From an uncultured Bacilli bacterium (GTDB taxonomy: Bacteria > Bacillota_I > Bacilli_A > ML615J-28 > CAG-313), in NCBI GenBank assembly GCA_944326155.1, contig CALVCV010000002.1:4514-68513 (forward strand): a stretch of DNA of 64,000 nucleotides, given 5' to 3'. The notes below the pieces were generated by a model. The model ran no database searches and was not told the origin of the DNA. It worked only from the letters and a program-made list of their open reading frames with translations. Shown here piece after piece: positions 59,810 through 64,000 of this stretch. The position numbers and the translations under genes were made by a program. Numbering within the stretch: position 1 is the stretch's first letter; the number at the start of each line of letters is the position of its first letter.

Positions 59810-59871
59810 AAGATGAATAAAAATGGATTTTTAATATATTACAAAACTTTTTGATGAAATGAGGTGATTTC

Positions 59872-61686
59872 TTGCAATTATTTCCCAAGCCTAAAAAAAT
59901 AATATTTAGTGAAGAAAAACTATGTTCGAAAAAGATTGGTGAATTTAGTACTAGTTTTGATGAACACTTTAACAACTTATTGCCACATATAGCAGAATTG
60001 AATTGTAAGGATGGTCTCTTTTTAAATATTATTGAAAGTCCTAACATTGTAAATGATGAAGGCTATAAACTGGTGATTCAACCTAATACTATCATTCTTG
60101 AGGCCAAAAAACCTAATGGGGCATTTTATGGTTTATTGACACTACAAGCTATTCTAAATAGTGATAATGAAAAATGTTTAGAAATAGAAGATTTTCCTGA
60201 TTTAGCAATTAGAGGTGTTATGCTAGATATTAGTAGAAGTAAAGTTCCTACTCTAGAAACACTGAAAAATATGGTGATTATGTTTGCAGAATTGCGATAC
60301 AATCATTTAGAATTATATGTTGAAGGCTTTTCTTTTGAATATCAAAGTTTTAAACAATTTTTAAAGGAAAAAAATTATTTTTCAGTAAAAGACTATCAAG
60401 AATTAGAAAAATTTGCTAAAAAATATTATATTGATTTAGTGCCTAATCAAAATGGCTTTGGTCATATGAGTGATTGGCTTGCAACCGATGAGTATAGACA
60501 TTTAGCTGAATGTGAAGATGGATTTGAAATTTGGGGAAGTCATAGAGCTCCATCAACACTTGATCCTACAAATGAGGCTTCTGCTGAATTGGTTAAAAAA
60601 ATGTATCATGATATGTTACCATATAGTTCATCTAGATATTTTAATATGAATTTTGATGAGCCTTATGAACTTGGCCATGGAAAAAGCAAAAAAGAAACTA
60701 ATAAATCTTCCGTAGAAGATGTATATATTGATTATTTTAATAAGTTAGCAGACGAAGTAAGAAAATATCAAAAAATACCAATGTTGTGGGGAGATGTTTT
60801 AGTAAAACATCCAGAAAAAATCGCTAAACTTCCTAAAGATGTTATTTTTATTGACTGGGGCTATACCAAAGATTATCCTTTTTTTCAGCATGCTAAAATG
60901 TTACAAGAAAAAAAAGTAAAATATCTTTTAGCTCCTGGTACATCTACTTGGTCAACCATTACAAGTAGAATGTTAGATATGTCCATAACGATTAAAAATA
61001 GTGCACTTGCGGCGAAACATTATGATGCACTTGGTATATTGGTCACCGATTGGGGTGATATGGGCCATTTGCAATATTTACCTTCAAGTTATTTAGGATT
61101 CATATATGGTGGACTTATTTCTTGGCAAACATGTGAGTTGTATGAAGCAATTATATATTTGAAAAAAATGTTAAAAGATGATGCTTTAGTAGAAGCAATC
61201 TTAGAACTTTCTAAATATCATATGTTAGAAGGTGAGTATCGCGATTATGGAAGTAGACTCTTTAGTGCCATTTCATGGGCAGAACATGCTAATTATCAGC
61301 AAGAAAAAAATGATATTATAGAATTTTATAAAACAAAAATTTTTTCTAATTTAATTGCTAAAGAAAATTATGAATTATTAGACATATCATTTAAAAAAGT
61401 CGCAATGCTTTTAGATATTGCAAAAGATTCTCTTGATACACAAGAGATGAAAAATAGTTTAAGACTATTACAAATATTATTAGTAATAAATAAAAAATTT
61501 ACAATGATTAAAAATGGCAAAATAGTAAATTTCAAAGATGAAATAAATGTTTTAGAAGATTACTTGATTGAACATAAAAAATTATGGTGTATAAGAAATA
61601 ATGAAAATGGCTATGTAAAAAGTGCTAATCGAATTAAATGGCTAATAAAAGTTTTAATGCTAATGACGGGAAAGGAGAACGTATGA
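59872..61686 (+). CDS. GH20-like beta-N-acetylhexosaminidase-family protein (no signal peptide)
   Basis: A TTG start follows GAGGTGA. Seen: IEDFPDLAIRGVMLDISRSKVP...NHLELYVE and a D-E pair in MNFDEPYELG. The stop TGA is immediately followed by TAA and overlaps the next ATG (ATGA). Confidence 0.6.
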   Translation: MQLFPKPKKIIFSEEKLCSKKIGEFSTSFDEHFNNLLPHIAELNCKDGLFLNIIESPNIVNDEGYKLVIQPNTIILEAKKPNGAFYGLLTLQAILNSDNEKCLEIEDFPDLAIRGVMLDISRSKVPTLETLKNMVIMFAELRYNHLELYVEGFSFEYQSFKQFLKEKNYFSVKDYQELEKFAKKYYIDLVPNQNGFGHMSDWLATDEYRHLAECEDGFEIWGSHRAPSTLDPTNEASAELVKKMYHDMLPYSSSRYFNMNFDEPYELGHGKSKKETNKSSVEDVYIDYFNKLADEVRKYQKIPMLWGDVLVKHPEKIAKLPKDVIFIDWGYTKDYPFFQHAKMLQEKKVKYLLAPGTSTWSTITSRMLDMSITIKNSALAAKHYDALGILVTDWGDMGHLQYLPSSYLGFIYGGLISWQTCELYEAIIYLKKMLKDDALVEAILELSKYHMLEGEYRDYGSRLFSAISWAEHANYQQEKNDIIEFYKTKIFSNLIAKENYELLDISFKKVAMLLDIAKDSLDTQEMKNSLRLLQILLVINKKFTMIKNGKIVNFKDEINVLEDYLIEHKKLWCIRNNENGYVKSANRIKWLIKVLMLMTGKENV

Positions 61687-64000
61687 TAAAGGCCAAAAAA
61701 ATCTTTTTAAGTTTTATGGTTGTATCTATCTTTGTAATGGGACTATTATCACTTACATCATGTAATAATGATGACGAAAGTGGTAATATTATCAACAAAG
61801 ATGAATTCGCAACTATAAAAAATGATTATCAATTATATAAAGAATCTAAACCACAAGTATTACCAGAAATTAATGATATTGTAATTGATGGTGCAAATTA
61901 TGATCCAAATGGAATTACAACTGATGGTTTAGGTAATCCAACAAGTATTACTGAAATTGATGTTTCTAGTGAGGCACTTAATCCAAATAATGGTACAGCT
62001 GAATTAGAAAAATTAATTGAATGCTTTTCAACTGTAGATCAAAGCAGTTATACAACAGATGATTATCAATATATCTATGATTTAATTTTTGATGGGCATT
62101 CATCTATTGTAGTAACAAATACTAATAAAAAACAAACGTTAGATTCAATTGCAACTAACGCAAAGAATTTGATTGAAAATAGAGCAAGTACTACCGATAG
62201 TGTTTTAATTCATAGAAGTACTGGACAAGTTTCTTGGAAAGTTAACGTTGAAGAAGCTGGTTTCTATAACTTATATTTAAAATATTTTACTGTTTCTGGA
62301 TATAGTTCTTCTATTGAAAGAAAACTAACAATTAATGGTGAAGTACCTTTTTCAGGTGCAGATAGTTTTACTTTTACTAGAGTTTGGACTGATGATCCAA
62401 AGTCTTATGATGAAAATGGTAATCTAAATGTTGATATCAATGGAAATGATATTAAACCTCAACAAATAGAGGTTTACTCATTTAGAGAAGGATATTTTAA
62501 AGATGATATGGGATATGTTACTGAGCCTTATATGTTCTATCTTGAAGAAGGCGAAAATGAAATTGCTTTACTTTCCATTAAAGAACCAATTTTAATTGAT
62601 CAAGTTTTAATTAAATCAGTAACTACGACACCTACTTATGAAGAATATTTAGCTAACCTTAAAGAAAAATATGGTGAACCAAGTTTAAGCAATCAAACAA
62701 CTGGCGCAATGCAAGCTGAAAAAGCAACTTATAAATCCTCACCAACTCTTTATCCGGTAACTGATCGTTCTTCTTCCAATACGAAACCATTTAGTCTAAG
62801 CAAGACTAGAAAGAATTATATTGGTGGTGAACAATGGAAAATTTTGGGCGATTGGATTAGTTGGGATTTTACAGTACCTGAGGATGGTTATTATAATATT
62901 TCAATGCGTGCTCGTCAAAATCTAATTAGAGGCATGTACTCTAGTCGTATTGCTTATATTAGTGAAGATGGTGGTACAAATCAAGTTTTATTCGATGAGT
63001 TAAATGATGTTCAATTTAAGTTTTCTAGTGATTGGCAAAATGTAACGCTTGGTAATGGTAAAGAAGATTACTTATTCTATTTTGAAAAAGGTAAAACTTA
63101 TACCTTTACTTTAGAAGTAACACTTGGTGCTTATGCGCCATTAATCGAAAGAATTCAAGCTACAATTGATGAATTAAATAGAACTTATCGTCAAATCGTT
63201 GCTTATACTACTACTTCTCCGGATAAAAACCGTGACTATGAACTTACTACTAAATTCCCTGATTTAGTTGATAATTTAATTAATTATCATGATGAACTTG
63301 CAGACGTATCAAATAGTATTGCTGAAATATCAGGCGGTAAATCAGATAAAACAGGTGTTATTGATTCAATGGTAAGACAACTTTCTGATTTTATTGATAA
63401 GCCTCGTTCTATTACACAAAAATTAACATCATTTATGAATAACATTTCTTCTCTTGGCTCTTTACTTACAGAACTTAGAGAATTACCATTATCATTAGAC
63501 TATATCGAAGTTCATACACCAGATATTGAACTTCCTAAAGCAAACGAAAACTTCTTTAGAAAAATTTGGAATAGTATTTGTTCATTTGTTCTTTCCTTCT
63601 TCATCGATTACACAACAATTGGTGAGATTTATGATTCAGAGCAACAAGGTGAATCAATAGAAGTATGGATGACACTTGGTCGTGACCAGGCTAATGTTGT
63701 TCGTAACTTAATTGATACAACTTTCACGCCAAATACGAATATCAAAGTTGATTTGAAATTGACAGGTACTGATGTATTGCTAAAAGCAACCCTTGCTGGA
63801 ATTGGACCTGATGTAGCTTTAAACGTTGATTCATCATTACCAGTTAATTATGCACTTCGTAATGCTGTATACGATTTAACTAATTTTGACGATTTTTGGG
63901 ATGTTGTTTATGCGATGCCAGATGGTGAAACAACTTGGGATAATTCAAAAGAAAATGTATATAACGCCTCCTCACTTAGACAATTCCAATTCTATTCTAT
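61683..64000 (+). CDS. Large lipoprotein (partial, runs off the window): two beta-sandwich/CBM-like modules, then an ABC sugar solute-binding-protein-like domain
   Basis: The frame is open from ATG 61683 to the window end. The signal peptide has lipobox LTSC. The late segment ...IEVWMTLGRDQANVVRNLIDTTFTPNTNIKVDLKL... resembles family-1 SBPs. Confidence 0.65.
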   Translation, partial: MIKAKKIFLSFMVVSIFVMGLLSLTSCNNDDESGNIINKDEFATIKNDYQLYKESKPQVLPEINDIVIDGANYDPNGITTDGLGNPTSITEIDVSSEALNPNNGTAELEKLIECFSTVDQSSYTTDDYQYIYDLIFDGHSSIVVTNTNKKQTLDSIATNAKNLIENRASTTDSVLIHRSTGQVSWKVNVEEAGFYNLYLKYFTVSGYSSSIERKLTINGEVPFSGADSFTFTRVWTDDPKSYDENGNLNVDINGNDIKPQQIEVYSFREGYFKDDMGYVTEPYMFYLEEGENEIALLSIKEPILIDQVLIKSVTTTPTYEEYLANLKEKYGEPSLSNQTTGAMQAEKATYKSSPTLYPVTDRSSSNTKPFSLSKTRKNYIGGEQWKILGDWISWDFTVPEDGYYNISMRARQNLIRGMYSSRIAYISEDGGTNQVLFDELNDVQFKFSSDWQNVTLGNGKEDYLFYFEKGKTYTFTLEVTLGAYAPLIERIQATIDELNRTYRQIVAYTTTSPDKNRDYELTTKFPDLVDNLINYHDELADVSNSIAEISGGKSDKTGVIDSMVRQLSDFIDKPRSITQKLTSFMNNISSLGSLLTELRELPLSLDYIEVHTPDIELPKANENFFRKIWNSICSFVLSFFIDYTTIGEIYDSEQQGESIEVWMTLGRDQANVVRNLIDTTFTPNTNIKVDLKLTGTDVLLKATLAGIGPDVALNVDSSLPVNYALRNAVYDLTNFDDFWDVVYAMPDGETTWDNSKENVYNASSLRQFQFYS

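Overview
This is a 64-kb chromosomal window from a very AT-rich Bacillota genome (by eye about 30% GC). The lineage call is inference from gene content only. The window shows Bacillus-like synteny (comEA-comEC / rpsT / holA / gpr, and recA ... recU / rny-ymdB-spoVS ... miaB), which points to an Erysipelotrichia- or Mollicutes-related lineage. I can support about 55 protein-coding genes, most on the + strand. I found no rRNA, tRNA or CRISPR array.

Content from left to right:
- cvfB, then a methyltransferase plus a membrane-tethered HNH pair, then rplS.
- A CadC-type metal operon with a clear operator.
- comEA-comEC, rpsT, holA and gpr.
- A ZIP transporter, a Dabb-fusion protein and an SDR.
- A MATE exporter and a purine permease behind a guanine riboswitch.
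- pyrG with a GGGC-start attenuator, a PPi-type PFK, and a uracil permease with a leader terminator.
- A SIS protein, a HEPN-like protein and a large membrane protein.
- guaB (interrupted by one in-frame TGA) and guaA.
- Two ABC exporter half-transporters, then pgsA, recA, upp and yccF.
- An internally deleted IS3-family remnant.
- recU, rny, ymdB, spoVS, a GNAT, and miaB.
- A repeat lipoprotein plus a fused MacB-type ABC protein.
- murC, a LacI regulator, and T-box-tyrS.
- A dense accessory locus (50.2-64 kb). It holds three paralogous GHL10/DUF187 glycosidase-like proteins, an LmbE deacetylase, an M19 dipeptidase, a serine hydrolase, a GH20 enzyme and a giant SBP lipoprotein.

The points most worth follow-up are:
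- the GHL10 locus;
- its shared CxxC-TM-basic C-terminal cassette;
- its Cys/His tandem repeat;
- the in-frame TGA in guaB, in a window where TGA almost never terminates genes;
- an unassigned 'WWR.DEG' domain shared by a cytoplasmic Dabb fusion and a surface lipoprotein;
- an orphan DUF86/HEPN-like gene.

All family assignments are by-eye motif recognition. No database search was run.
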